Source: Selaginella moellendorffii (lineage: Eukaryota > Plantae > Lycopodiophyta). From it: a stretch of 64,000 nucleotides of DNA. Shown here in pieces: positions 12,801-26,238 of this stretch. Made by a program: the position numbers and the translations under genes. The notes beneath the pieces are model-generated. The model made no database searches, was not told the DNA's origin, and saw only the letters and a program-made list of their open reading frames with translations. The DNA is taken from positions 142,574-206,573 of the forward strand of contig NW_003314345.1 in assembly GCF_000143415.4 (NCBI RefSeq), in the 5' to 3' direction. Numbering within the stretch: the first letter of the stretch is position 1; every line of letters begins with the position of its first letter.

Positions 12801-13734
12801 AAACGTAGTCGACTTACCAACAATTGTCTCTCTCTGTACAAGGCAGAACGAAGAAGAGTCAAGTGTTACTCCAGCGCAAAAACAAAAAGAGAAGAAACGA
12901 GCCCCTTACCCGTAAGTTCAGCCGTCCTTTGGAAAGCACAAAGATTAATAGTCTGGACTTCTCTAGCTGTAAAACAAACCTTGAGCAAGAAGAAATCCTT
13001 CCCGGAGATGCACCGAGGCCGCCACAACGCGGCCTTGTTCGTGGTTCAACCTTAAACCAGCGAGCCAAGCACCTAAGTGTACCGCTTCCGGCCTGATGGT
13101 ATTCAGAGGGCGCACAAGTTGATCTCTTAGTCGTGGCGAGATATTCTCCGCTTTAGACACCGAGAGGAAGCACCGACGGAGTGTGGCCGTGGTATCCAAA
13201 AGGAAGACATCATACTGGAAATGTAGAAAAAGATGTTGTAGTTCCAAAGAACCGAAAGTTACCTTTCCTTTGACGGGTTTTGTGCCATGGTGTGCTCTCA
13301 AGATGGTCCGATCGTTGATGACCCCAGTGACAATGCCGATCGCCTTGAGCACACCAGCGCGATCTTGCACAGCAACGATTTGCGAGGGCTCAAACCGCGA
13401 CTGGGAACCCAGCACCTCGATGTGGCAAAAGAGGCCGCGAGTTGGATGCACGGTCACCTCACAGTCGAGAGCATTCACTTGTTTCTCACACCCTGTAAAT
13501 CGCGCATGAGAAAACCACGTTTCGTTTCTCTTCCCTGAAAGCCCCAGTACCTTTTTTGAGCAGGAGATCCGATACCCGTGAGTTGCATTCTCCGAAGATC
13601 CATTTCTTGTGCTGGTGCTTGTAATCTTCAATCCCCACAAATGAAACGCGGTCGAGATCGGAGCTTGAGGAGATTGGCACCTTCCCTCCCAGAAATGCGA
13701 GAACCACGGCATCAAACTCGTCATCGGGATTCAT
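9837..13734 (-). CDS. Multi-exon Sen1/UPF1-like (SF1, AAA_11-type) helicase derivative with a ~700-aa charged low-complexity tail
   Basis: LNHEQ (Q motif), KILVCAPYNNAVDQI (motif Ia), IVRVG, ASVVCTTLS and FDLVLI-DDAA. Walker A is degenerate. Large terminal exon 9837-11940. The exon structure is approximate. Confidence 0.65.
10303..10529 (-). repeat. 105-bp coding tandem duplication (35 aa, KKRKKKRK NLS-like)
   Basis: ccgtttctt recurs at 10311, 10416 and 10521. Confidence 0.9.
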
Positions 13735-13838
13735 AAATCCCACCGCTGGAACCCTAAAAGCTTGCAGAAACAGGGATTTTGCAAAACATCTTTATTCCCT
13801 TAAACATTCTGTTTAGCACTAAAATAAAAAAGGAAAAT

Positions 13839-13892
13839 GGTTCTATAGTTTAATGGTTAGCTGAACTTTGAATCCAAAAGCTCTAACTCAAT
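13839..13892 (+). pseudogene. Very degenerate tRNA-Gln(UUG)-like relic
   Basis: ggttctatagtttaatggttag...ctgaactttgaatcca resembles a tRNA-Gln 5' half and anticodon arm. There is no valid T or acceptor arm. Confidence 0.3.
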
Positions 13893-14469
13893 TGCTTTAT
13901 CCCCAAAATATCCCTTTCAACTATAAATTATATATTAAGGTTTAAGTTAATAGAAGTTAACTTTAACCTTTTTACTAGTTTTTATTAGTTTATAAAAACG
14001 AAAATGGTTTTCGAGCAAAATGATTAACAAATTAGTCATTGAAATTTTTTTAAAATATTTGTGGAAAAATTTTTTATCCTAAAGAAAAAATGACTCTCAG
14101 TCTAGGAATACAAATTCTCAAGACTCAACTAACTTCCTCTTACCAACAACTTTACATAAGTTCACTTTAACAAATTCTTATGACTCAACAATATGTTTAA
14201 GCATCAAATATTTTACCTATATTTTCATTGACATCCGTAAAATGCAAATAAATACCCAAGACTCAATCACAAAAATCATATCATTGGATATCCATATTGC
14301 ATTAATACCTTTAAGATCCAACATAAAACCAAAACATTAATAAAAAAAATGACATGAAAAATCAAGGTCTAAGGAAAATTCCTCATCACTCGAAACAATT
14401 ATATTACTTCCATTAACACAATTATTAACGATGTCAATGCCTCAACTACACACCCTCTCTAGCCAAAGA

Positions 14470-14950
14470 ATGACAGCATTGGAGCACAAAACGACTCCCA
14501 AACATATAGCTCAAGGAGCGAAGGGACAAAAGCACATAGCAACTTGGAATAGTCCAAGAACATTTAGCATCCCAATGCTAAGATTAGCATGCAAAATAGA
14601 GTTAAACAAAGTTTAACACTATTTTAGCATATTAGTGGTTTAATACGAATATATGGGTATTCCATCACTAATTAGCATGGTGTGGAACTTGGGATTAAAC
14701 CTAAGCTAGATGCAAAATAAGAATAAGTATACAAGCAAGAGTTAGATTATGTTGTAAATTGGTTAGCTATATTCAACCTACCCATTATCCCTATTATACA
14801 TTTGGAACCTTTATAGCCCTTTACCTTGAGAAATACACACTTTCAGCTTTCACCTTTAGCCACTTTAGAGTTAGTCTTTGGGATATGAAACTTATTAAAT
14901 ATGAAATGGTGCTAAATTACGAATTTGGATACGGGACCAACACCATCATA
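14470..14950 (+). mobile_element. LTR-like dispersed repeat fragment
   Basis: Similar to 54700-55285 (direct) and 50590-50870 (inverted). Confidence 0.5.
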
Positions 14951-15254
14951 TTCAGGACAATCTCTACATTTCGTAGATATACCAAATTAGCAAATTTAGA
15001 CATTTTACATAAATAATAATTAGAATAAAATTAGGACTAACACAAAATACATAATAGCAAGAGTGTTTGGTAGACACAATAAACTATTATTTGACGAATA
15101 TTGAGAGATCAAGCTCAATATCACAGGGGTTCCCAACACTAATAAGTGCAAGTCAACATATAAATTTCTCCTACCATGCAAAGTATGCTCATCAAGAAAC
15201 ACATAAGAGTTTCCATCTTATATTTATTCAGCATAAGTACATATGTGATAACCA

Positions 15255-18200
15255 ATTGCTCAATTAACTTGGGTGGAGACTAAAAAAAGATCCAGCAATA
15301 CTAACTTTCTGCTATTGTGGCAATAAAAAAAAATATCTGAAAGGATTAACCAATTTATAACTTTTGATACCTCATTTGCGACAAGCATGGATAGGAACTT
15401 TGAAGTACAATACAACAATTTGTGTGTTTTACAAAAAAGCCAAGCTTCAAACATACAATTGTCCAAGTATATCAAGAAGTTCAGGGATATGTAGGTGCAT
15501 ATAGTTTTCACCATTTATCCTTTGGCACTTTACCACTTTATCCCTTGGACACATGGGCCAAAGCAAAATTGGTCTTATTGAACAAAGGGATGGAATCAAA
15601 CTCCCAGCTAAGGAATGAAGGAATTAAAGCACATAATGTCTGCTGAACATACAACCCAAAAAGTAGAGGAACAAACATATGAAGCAACATTAAATTAATC
15701 CTAAAGCATCCATCAACACTAGAACCAACTCTCAAAATGGAGCCAAATGCTATTTCAGCATACTGATGGAGTCAACCTTTACATCCCATGCCACCATGCA
15801 AACTACATTGCTTCCATCTCCAACAAGCTCAATCTCTTGAGAAAAGAGCAGTTGGAGCAACAATACCCCCACCAAACCAGCATCCTTTCTGCCTTATTCC
15901 TTCACCAAAGTCCAACAAGCTTCCCATCTAGTGGCCCCATATGTGGAGGAGCAACGTAAACCACACCCAGCTAGCCAAAGTGAAAGGTGGCCAGAACTGG
16001 GTCCACGTTAAAGGCTCCATATGGTTTCCGGGAGGAGGGACACACTTCAAGCATGGAGCTCCCGAGTACATCCAGAGGTAACACTTTTCTTCTCTCTTTT
16101 GATCCATTGATCCATCAACTGTAGACAGGCTAGGAAACATGACCACGGATTGGAAGGGAGATTTACAGACTGCTGGAGTGGCTCGAGGTTTGGACATTGG
16201 CTGCAGAGTTGCAGCTTATCTCTTCAACCTCGACATCCAAACCATGTCGTTTGTGCCGCTTGACTCTCACGAGAATCAGATCCAGTTCGCTCTGGAACGA
16301 GGAGTACTGGCTCTTGTTGCAGCGCTTGGAACCAAGTGCTTGCCGTATCCTTCCAGATCCTTCGATGCTGTTCACTGTTCCCACTGTCGCGTCGATTGGC
16401 ACGAAGATGGTAAGCATTAGGTGGAATCTCGTACATGATATAAAAATTTCCTTTCTCGTGAATCTGCAGGGGGTATTTTGCTCAGGGAAATGGACCGGAT
16501 TTTAAGACCTCATCTATTCTGCACCTCCAGCTTATCGCAAAGACAAGGATTTCCCCGAAGTTTGGAACATCCTGACCAACATTACAGAATCTCTTTGCTG
16601 GAAGGTGATCGCACGGCACGTCCAGACTGCGGTTTGGAGAAAGACCGCCAGGTCCTGTCAGCTCGCCAAGTCCAAGCTGTGCGCTAACCAAAGCAAGGAG
16701 TTTCTAGACAACTCGTGGAACAAGCCACTACGACTGCATTGCCTTGTCTGAGGACAATGATTGCCAATTTCGTCGATCTTCCTTCATGGCCGGAGCGGCT
16801 TACAACTTACTTAACTAACTTTGCTATGTACTCCAGTATGTAGTAACGGGATTTCTTATGCATAGGTATCAGCTCATCTTCTTTCAAAGAAGACACATCT
16901 CTCTGGAAGGCAAAGTTGGAGACTATTGGAAGCTGCTTAATGTATCCGAAAGTTCCATTCGGAACGTTATGGATATGAATGCTGGCTACGGAGGCTTTGC
17001 TGCTGCCTTGTTACTACAAAACAAGCCCGTGTGGATCATGAACGTGGTTCCATCGGAATCTAGCAACACTCTCAACGTTGTGTACGGTCGAGGCCTCGTA
17101 GGCACCTTGCATAGCTGGTACATAGGCTTGCTCTTATTCACTTGGCTTCCTTCTCATTTTTTGCATCCACAGGTGTGAAAGCTTTTCGAGCTACCTGAGG
17201 AGCTACGACTTGTTGCACGCATATCGCATGATGTCCCTCTATCCAGGGAGAAAAGGGTGCCAGATCGAAGATATAATGCTGGAATGGATCGGCTGCTGAG
17301 ACCAAATGTAAATTTTCTCATTTGACTTCTGAGAGTTGATTCTAGCTACTACGACACAGGCTCTTGCAATCTTTCAAGATTCCTCACGTGCGGTGCAGCG
17401 CGTTGGCCCGAGTCCATCACATTCTTGAAAATGATGAGCAGCTTCTTATATGCTCTAAGAAGTTCTGGATCGTCGACATGTAAGGTAGAGTATGGTGATG
17501 ATTAGTCTTCGAAGTTTTCCAGAGAAAGCACTGTGGTGACAGTATCAACAGGGTTGTCAGTATTCTCAGGCAGACACAACGATTTCGTTTAGGAGCTATT
17601 ATAGTCCAGCAAAGGTCGTAAGGGAGAGGCATGGCTTTCATATCTTGGTTAGTTTGTGCCAACATGAATCTCCAGGTGTGGTCATAGCTCCTACACCGAT
17701 CAAAGCCAGTTTGCGCGAGGTAAAAGTTCGTTTTCGTTATTTCTTTTTACTCTGCTTTGTGCTACTTATGGTCCACGGGAAGATCATGTCAAGAGCCTAT
17801 AGATATAGTTCAGTCTTCTTAAGACTATACTTCCAAGCCTCAAGTCAAACTCTACATTCCACTGCCATCTTTTATATCTTCCATGAGGTATCCACTCCAA
17901 GATGCAAAGGCATCATAATTTTCAAAGCCCAGCTTTGCTTATCATGTGTTCTTAGTGTGAGAAGATTAATATAGTCTCCCTAAACCTAATGCTTGCAATG
18001 AGATTACCAACATTTTGAGGCTGACAAACCTGAATTTTACAGCTTTCTTCACTACCTTCAAGGAACCCCATGGAAATATCATATGTTATTCAGAGTTTAT
18101 GGGCTTTGAAACCCAGCACCTTATCCCAGTGCTCAACTGTCATGAATTCCATAGTGTACCTGCAAAAGAAGGTACCATTCAAGAATATTATGTACTTACT

Positions 18201-21200
18201 AATGCAAGTAATAAGTTGTGGGTGTTATGAGGGAATATAGAGAGTTGGGAGTTTGAGTGGGTTTGAGGTGGATGATAACCCAAAGTTGCTGTAAGTGACA
18301 CTTGTGCATGTTCTTCCACATGACTGCAAGCCCATGATAAATTCCAAACACCTATATATGTGAGTCCACCTGAACAAAGAAAAACCAAGCAAGTATTTCA
18401 GAGCTCTAAAAGTATTACTTCATTTGTGATCTTATGGGGAAGCTTCCATTGCATGGATAACCACAGTTATCTAGCCTTCATACTCGCTCTATTCATTCCT
18501 AAAGCATCCAAGTTGCAAAGAAGTCTGTGCTTTTTGGCTTTATAGTAACAATTTCCCAAGTCTGACAATAAGAAAGTATAGAGAACTTAGCCCTAGATCA
18601 AAGAGCATAGGGAACAGAGAATAGAACTATTATCTCCCATGTCCAAAGTTCCATTAGAGGCGAGCTCAAGGATCTCAGTTGACCATTGCCTGAGCAAAAG
18701 AACACTCAGCCACCAGGGGAAAGAGGACATAGATCATCAAACAAAGAAAAAATAAACTTAGCTTTTGTTCTTGAAAACATAGTCGTTACTTCCAAGTTAA
18801 AATTTTGCAGCTTGCATCTAACAAAAACTAAAAAACTTTCTCAGATGCTTGAAAATTAAAATGGAACCTTGATAGGATGCTATCTTGTTTGTCTTTGCCA
18901 AAGGATAACTGTTCTGATGCAACTTGGCCAGCATTCTCATGGGTTTTCTGGACATTTGACCTAGAAAAATTCATCTTTGAAGTAGAGAGCTTATCCACAC
19001 AAAAACCCACAGTCAAGTTGGAAAGTATCAAAGCCACCTTACTAAGACAGTGCTAAAAATGTGGAACATAATCCCCAACATGTTTTGCAAGAATTAATGT
19101 AGATTCCTTAGCAAGAATAAAACTTCTGAGAGACCAGAAGTGTGTAAATAATAATCACCAATTTTCTTAAGAGAATGAAAAGACAAAATGAATATTATGG
19201 GATATTCTACTATTTAATATCTAAGTATATTCTAGGTATTGCTTATGCAAACCAAAAATACATTAAAAATAATTTGAAACCAACCACATATAAGGTATAG
19301 CAGATGCAATCTAGCATATGAGTAGCTATACTCTCTTTTTCATGTTGCCCTTCATACCTAACCACCTAGGACAACTCAACATCTGAGCACTATGCCATAG
19401 TAGACAGCGACAAGCCAGGGTTCATCTTAGGGTTTAGCTGCTCGCATTGCCACTTGCTCACTTCAGCACAAAATAATGCCATCCATGGCAGTGCCAACAG
19501 TGGGCGGTGGGACTTGGAGCAAATGGGGCAGCAGTCCTTATGGCTAGGCAGCATTGACATGCAGCTGTAGCAGTATTAAAAGATCAGTAGTAGCAGCAAT
19601 GGTGGTGGCAGAAGACCAATCTCCACTTGCTTCACTATCATCACTAGACTCATTGTCCCAAGTGGTAAGTGCTCTCTTCTCTTCCCAAAGAACCTAGATG
19701 TACTTTTACTGTTGTTCCTGTTGTCTGCTGCTATAGCAAAGATGTTCCTTTCTTTGCCATGAAAAATGGATTGATGATGGAAGAAGTTACTTTGGTTCGT
19801 GTGACAATCTGTACTTTGTGACCAGAGCATCAAACATATTGTTAGGGCATTAGGAACTTCACAATATTTTGAGGGGGGTTGGTTGGCTTGGGGTGTTTTT
19901 GATGAAGCAACCACTAGACATAACAGCAAAGTTGTGGGAGCTAATTGCCTTTGGAAGCTGCAAGAAGCAACTAGGGAATGATGAATGCATATGGCATTTT
20001 GAGGTGGGTTGGGATAAAGGTTTGGAATCATAATGTTTGTTTAGCATTACAAATCATTGATCTAGTGTGGCATGCCCAGTAGTTTTAACAAGTTATAGAT
20101 TATAATATACCATCATCCCATTATATTGTGGTTGTAGAGCTTTGTATGAACATATGAGGTGATACAGTCTATGACATTTACATTGGAGTTGTAAAACAGT
20201 TTAGTTAGCCTAGACTTATGCATGAAGATTTTGGACCGATTTTAATCTCATTGAAAAAGATATGAATGAGACTTTAGGTCTGGATGAGCATTCTTTCATA
20301 GAAGGGCCCTTTAAAATAAACACTAGAAGATAAAATCCATAAAACACATTAAAATGTGTTTATAAAAATTCAACATAAAAAACCAATTTACTATCACATG
20401 TTTTCAATATAGTTATTTAGGTTTTATAACTTAGTAGAAAGATCAAACAAACCATTCTAGCATTCTTACTAGCAATAAATTTTCCTTTTTTTCATTCTTA
20501 ACATAAATTTCCACAATCCTAAATAAAACTTTTTCCATTAATTTTTTTTTATTTTGAACTTGGTTGGCTTAGACTCCTTTGGCAGTGAATAAATAGTAGT
20601 CAATTTTGATTCTTATCAAGAGGGCCATCTCCCTTGAAAGCCCTTGAAAGTCGAATGTTCAAACTTTCTAGAGATGCTTGAATTTGGGGGCATTCCCTAA
20701 AAAATTCAATTGTTTAGCTTATGACATTCAATTATAAATTAATGCTTAAAATATTTATACCTTAGTAAATATAATTATAGAATCCCAAACTTGAATGTAG
20801 TCAATTTGCTAAAGAATTGCACATACAAACCATCTAACAGCTTTAATTCAACAAATATATTATAAAACAATTTTAAAATTTTATAAGGATATTTTATATG
20901 TTGCCCAAGAACTTTTTCTGGTACAAATAAAACAATTAAAACAAAACTTTATAGCAGTTTTTGAGTTAGTTATTTTAAAAAATATAATATTCAATTTTTT
21001 GATTCTCAAATCTTAGAATGTGTGAAATTGCACTATGACTTCATCAAGTGCTTAATGTACTTCTTACACCATTTGCTTCACTTTCTTTAAATGTTACTAA
21101 AGATTAATAAATTTGTTTATGATCTTTTACTTAACAATATGGTAGAAATGGTCACTCAATGTTTAACCATATATACATTCAATGAGCTGGGTTTATAGTT

Positions 21201-22625
21201 AGATGTGCTAAAATTTTGTTATATCTTTTTGCTTAGTTTTGTATGACACTCAAATGATGCTCGACTAGAAGTACCATGGTTAATGGCATTAATAAACAGC
21301 TACCTTTTATAAGAGAGAGACTTTTCAAGAGTCACTCTTTGTATTATTAATCCAGAAGTGAGTAAAATCTATATAGTTTTACCAAGTACAAAATTCTTCA
21401 CTACTCTACATATATTCATTGCATCTCTATCTTATGTATTGAGCTCTAAAACCTTCTTAAGCTCAAACTTAAACAAATCCTCACTATTATAACCTTGATT
21501 TACAATCTTCTCAAACAAACTTACCAAAACGCTAATGACACACAGCCCATAGATATAATCACTTAACTCTAACCTATATAGCTCCTTAAATCAAACATGA
21601 CTTAAAGCCATTCTTGTGAATGAAATAGTGTAAGAAACAATAAAAGTATTTTTTACCTTTTCTTATTAGCTGATCACTCTGCACTTCATGTATACATTGC
21701 TTGGTGTTTGATTGCTTCATCTAATTTACACTATGGGGAAAACATAATTGAATTCAAAACCTTAATAAACCATAGAGCAAAACCTTTGCATGAACTTTGT
21801 ATATTAAAAGTAACAGAAAAAAATGCATAATATTTAGTATTTATTTTGAAACTTTTTGCCTTAATATTCATTAGAGCTTTTTAACAACAAATATTTCATA
21901 ATCATTTAAAAGTGGTTGAACTTCTCTAATTTCATCCATTTCTATGCTTGATTTGTTAAATCCTTCTTGCTCACTCGGTGGTGTGGTTGTGCATGAAATT
22001 TCTCAAATATGTTCAACCATTAAATTTCATCTTTAAACTAAGATTATTAAAAGCTAAATCAAAAACTATACAGCATGAATAGGATAGAAGCACCAAGTTA
22101 TTATACATAATTAATTGATAAATTTTTCATTTATCTAATCCTCAACCAATCTCCAATACCCAAAGATCTTTAAATTATTATTCAATCTGAAAGATAACCA
22201 ACTTTGATGCAGAATATGCAAGTCAAACTTGATAATCCACATGTTTTCATGAATTTAACATATGTTCTAGTGGAAATTCAAGAGCAAAAATCAATCTAAA
22301 AATTAAAAAGGGGGAAGAGAAAAATTAAATTTATAAGCCTATAAAATCTACTCACTTTTTGGATCTTGAGTGCAATTTTCTTTATCTTCATAGTGAGAAC
22401 CATAGATAATACAAATGGATGTTGATTCTTTCAAAGATAGGAAAGCTCAATGAGATCTATGGAAAACGATCGTTAAAAGATTTATCAATTAAATAAAACT
22501 TATATAGAGCAATGAGATTTCTATATTCTACAGTCTCTATTTTTTGTATAAGAGTTCAATATAATAATGTTTATTGAATATAAGAATCTATGCTTAATCA
22601 CCTTACTCTACCTATATTGAAGTAT
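15255..22625 (+). repeat. Copy A of a long AT-rich direct duplication (partner 55330-60737)
   Basis: 15255-15720 matches 55330-55815 and 17718-22625 matches 55824-60737, colinear with scattered substitutions and indels. Confidence 0.85.
15765..17483 (+). pseudogene. 5'-truncated, intron-retaining pseudogene copy of the PMT methyltransferase
   Basis: Nearly identical to 41049-42875 including introns, with frameshifts and deletions (e.g. GCRVAAY instead of [10 protein letters not shown]; loss of PGGFF). Confidence 0.92.
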
Positions 22626-22662
22626 AGAAGAGCCTAAAGTTACAAGCAATACAACCCCAACG

Positions 22663-22790
22663 TTGGGAGGTCACCCAACCCAGTATTATTCAACACTAAG
22701 GACATTTAACCTCAAATCTCCTAATACCTGTAACTGATTGAAAAAAGGGTGCATTTTGTTTATAAACTTTTTCTCGACCATATATTTAAT
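22663..22790 (-). mobile_element. Solo or partial 5S-containing LTR relic
   Basis: The reverse complement gttaaatgtccttagtgttgaataatactgggttgggtgacctccc matches the LTR at 23389-23582. Confidence 0.6.
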
Positions 22791-23388
22791 ATGTGTAGGA
22801 AATCCTCTTTAATCAACTAAAAGCCATGTTTTCTATATGAAATACCACATTATAAACCCTTTTAAATGAACCCTAAAACTTATATATATTTTATAAGACC
22901 ACCTAGCTACATATCATGTATGTTTAAAGCTTGGCTTTTTGAGTCATAAAGCACACAAACTGGCATGTTGTGCTTGAAAGTCCCTATCCATGATATGCTC
23001 AAATGGGACTAGGGTGATAAATACCCATACCACTAGAGCAATAGCCTAGCATATAGATTTTTGTCTTGGTTAAGAGAGTTCTAGAAAACCATATTAGAGC
23101 TTGGAAATAAACATTCTCTCCCATGCCATAACCACACTCTATAAAAGCTTTCATAATAAAGTGGTGTGCAAAATTAACAAGTAAGAGATTATTGAAGTTT
23201 CAAATGGGGTAACCATAGGTTAGTTGAGGTTCAAATCTAGATAGAGATATAGGGACTTGATTGGAAATTTCATGCACAAAGATTTCTCTATTTATGAGCT
23301 TTGTGAGCTTGAGTAGAATAACAACACTTATTCATCAAGTTTTTTTTTGGCTCCAATCTCATTGCTATTGGCTTGATATATACCAACT

Positions 23389-24120
23389 TGTAAATAACCA
23401 AAGAGAACGATTCAAGAGACGATCTATGGGGTTCAAATATAAAAGGAAAGGGCTCATGAACAAGAGTGCATCCCCTTTTCCAATCGGTTAAGGGTTTTGG
23501 GATATTTGGGGTTAAGTGTCCTTGGGTTTGAATAGTATTGGGCTGGGTGACCTCCCGGGAAGTCCAAATTTAGGAGCTTATATTTGGTATCGGAGCGGTC
23601 TCAGGTCCGACTTAAGGGAATCACACCACATATTGATTGACATCTGGCTGGTTCAATTTACTCTTGCTGGGCTCGACCCGAGGGGTAAGGAGCGGGGCTC
23701 TCAAGAGAGCTGCGGCTCTCAACTTCCGTTCACGAAGGCATGAACTTGCAGGGAAGCGTGGTAGATTGTAAGCAACTAGAGAAAATGACTCAAGAGACAG
23801 TCCATGGGGTTCAAATATAAAGGGAAAATGCCCATGAATAAGAGTGCACCCCTTTTTCCAATCAGTTAAAGGTCTTGGGATACTTGGGGTTCACAAGGGC
23901 ATGAACTTGCAGGGAAGTGTGAAAGCGTGGTAGATTGTAAGTAACCAAAGAGAACGACTCGAGACACGGTCCATAAGGTTCAAATATAAAGGGAAAGGGC
24001 CCATGAATAAGCCTTTTCCAATCGGTTAAAGGTCTTGGGATACTTAAGGTTAAGTGTCCTTAGGTTTAAATAGTACTGGGTTGAATGACCTCTCGAGAAG
24101 TCCAAACTCAGAAGATTACA
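23389..24120 (+). mobile_element. Cassandra-like TRIM (non-autonomous LTR retrotransposon with a 5S rRNA-derived segment)
   Basis: LTR1 23389-23582, PBS tggtatcggagc 23585-23596, short internal region, partial LTR 23767-23890, and full LTR 23936-24120 (TG...CA). 5S-like gttaagtgtccttggg...ggctgggtgacctcccgggaagtcc at 23511-23565. Flanks are caact and taatt. Confidence 0.8.
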
Positions 24121-25199
24121 TAATTGTGACAACACTACATTGGGATGGAGTTAAAATCTTATTTAAATCCAACTCCAAAAAAAACTAACAGGCATCTACT
24201 ATTACTTTCTTGTCCTTATTGCACCTCCCTCACTCTTATCAATGTTTTTACTCTCTTTGTCTTTGAGAAGACTATTAGCTAGCAATATTTCATTTTAAGT
24301 ACAGTTCAAAAATTGTATAGCTGCACAATTGGTTTGAAGCTAAAAACTCCTTTAAAAAGCTCTAAAAGATTATATAAAGAGTTATTACTTATTATTACTC
24401 TAGCCTCTTTAACCTTATAGCATACATCTAAGGCCTCTAGAGGATGATATTTTTTATGCCTCCCCATTCTAATACACTACATAACAACTCTTGAGTCATA
24501 TCTTTAGAATTTGTGTAATATGGGCCCAAATGTTTAGTTGTTCTAGGGGCACTAAGTATTTAGCAGTCCCCTAGGTGACAATTTAAATTCTTGTAGGATA
24601 ATTTGCTATGCTATGTAGCAATAATTATTTTTAGAAAATAATGCTTTTTTTTTTTAAAAAAAGTATTCAAATTTTTTAATAAAATAAAAAATTTTAAGAG
24701 AAAGATTTTAATAATTATATAAATTATAATTAAATTAAATTATAATTTTCATTTTAAATAAATAATAAATAATAATTTTTAATATAAAGGAGTGTGCTAT
24801 ATTATCCTGTGAAATGTAATGATGAAGTTTAATATAACCATGTCCAATATATAACAAGAAGTGCCTTTATGGTTGAAGCTTTAGACTAAGCTCTAGTGGT
24901 CAGAAATATTATATAGTTCTTTACTCTTCATGTGAGCAAGATACTGAAAAGTCGAGGCAAAAGTTAAATTATAATTAGGAAAGCTAGAACCCTAAGAATA
25001 ACATGATTTTTATTAGTGATAATTAAGAATAATGATATTAAACTTTAATTAGCAACGGATTAGAGAAATTTTTAAAAGGAGAAAATCACAACAGTTAGTG
25101 GGTCATGAATTTGTGAGACAATCCATTTGTCATGAATGCCTGTAAAACAAAAAACTGACTGGTGAAACATATGGGTTTGAGATAATAGATTCAAACACA

Positions 25200-25365
25200 G
25201 AGAAAGAAAAAGCTTGGCAATTGTTTTGCTTGGGGATTGGCTCCAGAGACCCAATGGTGGTGATCCCATTGGAAAAGCCCTTATCTGCCATTCAACATTT
25301 GAGATGCAAGGAAAAATTGCACAGTAGCCAGGGTGACAGGTGGAAATACTCACCAGATACTACAA
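25200..25365. pseudogene. Old eroded MpaB 3' relic (+) with tRNA-Asp relic (-)
   Basis: cattggaaaagccc and gtgacaggtggaaatactcaccagatactacaa, the reverse complement of a tRNA-Asp 5' half. Confidence 0.6.
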
Positions 25366-25736
25366 GATTGCACCCCATTGGGCACAAATGGACTGTAAAC
25401 AAACCACCAGGTAGATAAGCATGCTAAGGGTTAGGCAATGTTATTCTTTTCGGGTGGTCTTAGGCTTGCAAGTGATTTGTCGTTGACTTGCGCATTGTAA
25501 ACAAGGATGTGTAAACGTTTTGGTAGGCCTAGCATGGACCAGCTAATGGAAAACGTGCAACTTATGGGACATACTGGTTACGTGCACGGAATAACATACA
25601 GTGAACCATGGAATTAAAAATGTGAGATGTGATCTCTGTAGGATACCTCTTCTCCTGCCCCTGTTTCATAACCCACAGAGGAGTGTAGAAAACAAAAGCT
25701 GTTTTCAGGACCAATCAAACAGTTTTCATTTCCAAA

Positions 25737-25905
25737 TGGCTGCAATCTTGTTGATGACTGTGTTGCTCATGATGGCTGGAAGATGGTGTGCATTGATAGA
25801 GCAAGATTTCTAGCGTCACTCCACCCCGTGAGAGATGCCCACAAGATCTTGTGGTATATGTACTGGGTGGAATTCCCCTTCCTCTCACAAAAGACGCTCG
25901 AGTTT
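25737..25905 (+). pseudogene. 5' fragment of the MpaB-like gene joined to PMT 3'-flank sequence
   Basis: MAAILLMTVLLMMAG...HPVRDAHKILWYMYWVEFPFLSQK, followed by tatcttggttcgtttgtgccaac. Confidence 0.8.
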
Positions 25906-26175
25906 GATTCATATCTTGGTTCGTTTGTGCCAACTTGAGCTACTGCTGCAGGATATCTATGCGAAGGTCATGTAAGAGGCCAAGATTTTGGACTCACTCG
26001 GAGGTGGAGTTTTTGTCATCCTCAAGAGCTGTGCAGACGTTTCCTGAGCCGACAGTCCATAAAATTCACTTTAGGAGGACATAGAAATCATTTAAACATA
26101 TATTCAGCTGACGAAATCTCTATCAAGTATTAAAATGTCAGCAATTAAGCAATTCCTTTCTATTAGTTGTCTGAT

Positions 26176-26238
26176 GTCGTTGTAGTATACCGGTGAGTAT
26201 TTCCGTCTGTCACGTGGACAACCCGGGTTCGATCCCCG
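26176..26238 (+). pseudogene. 3'-truncated tRNA-Asp(GUC)
   Basis: gtcgttgtagtataccggtgagtatttccgtctgtcacgtggacaacccgggttcgatccccg. The 3' strand of the acceptor stem is missing. Confidence 0.85.

Noticed and set aside
23511-23565. 5S rRNA gene
   Set aside because: Only about 55 nt of the internal promoter region, embedded in an LTR.
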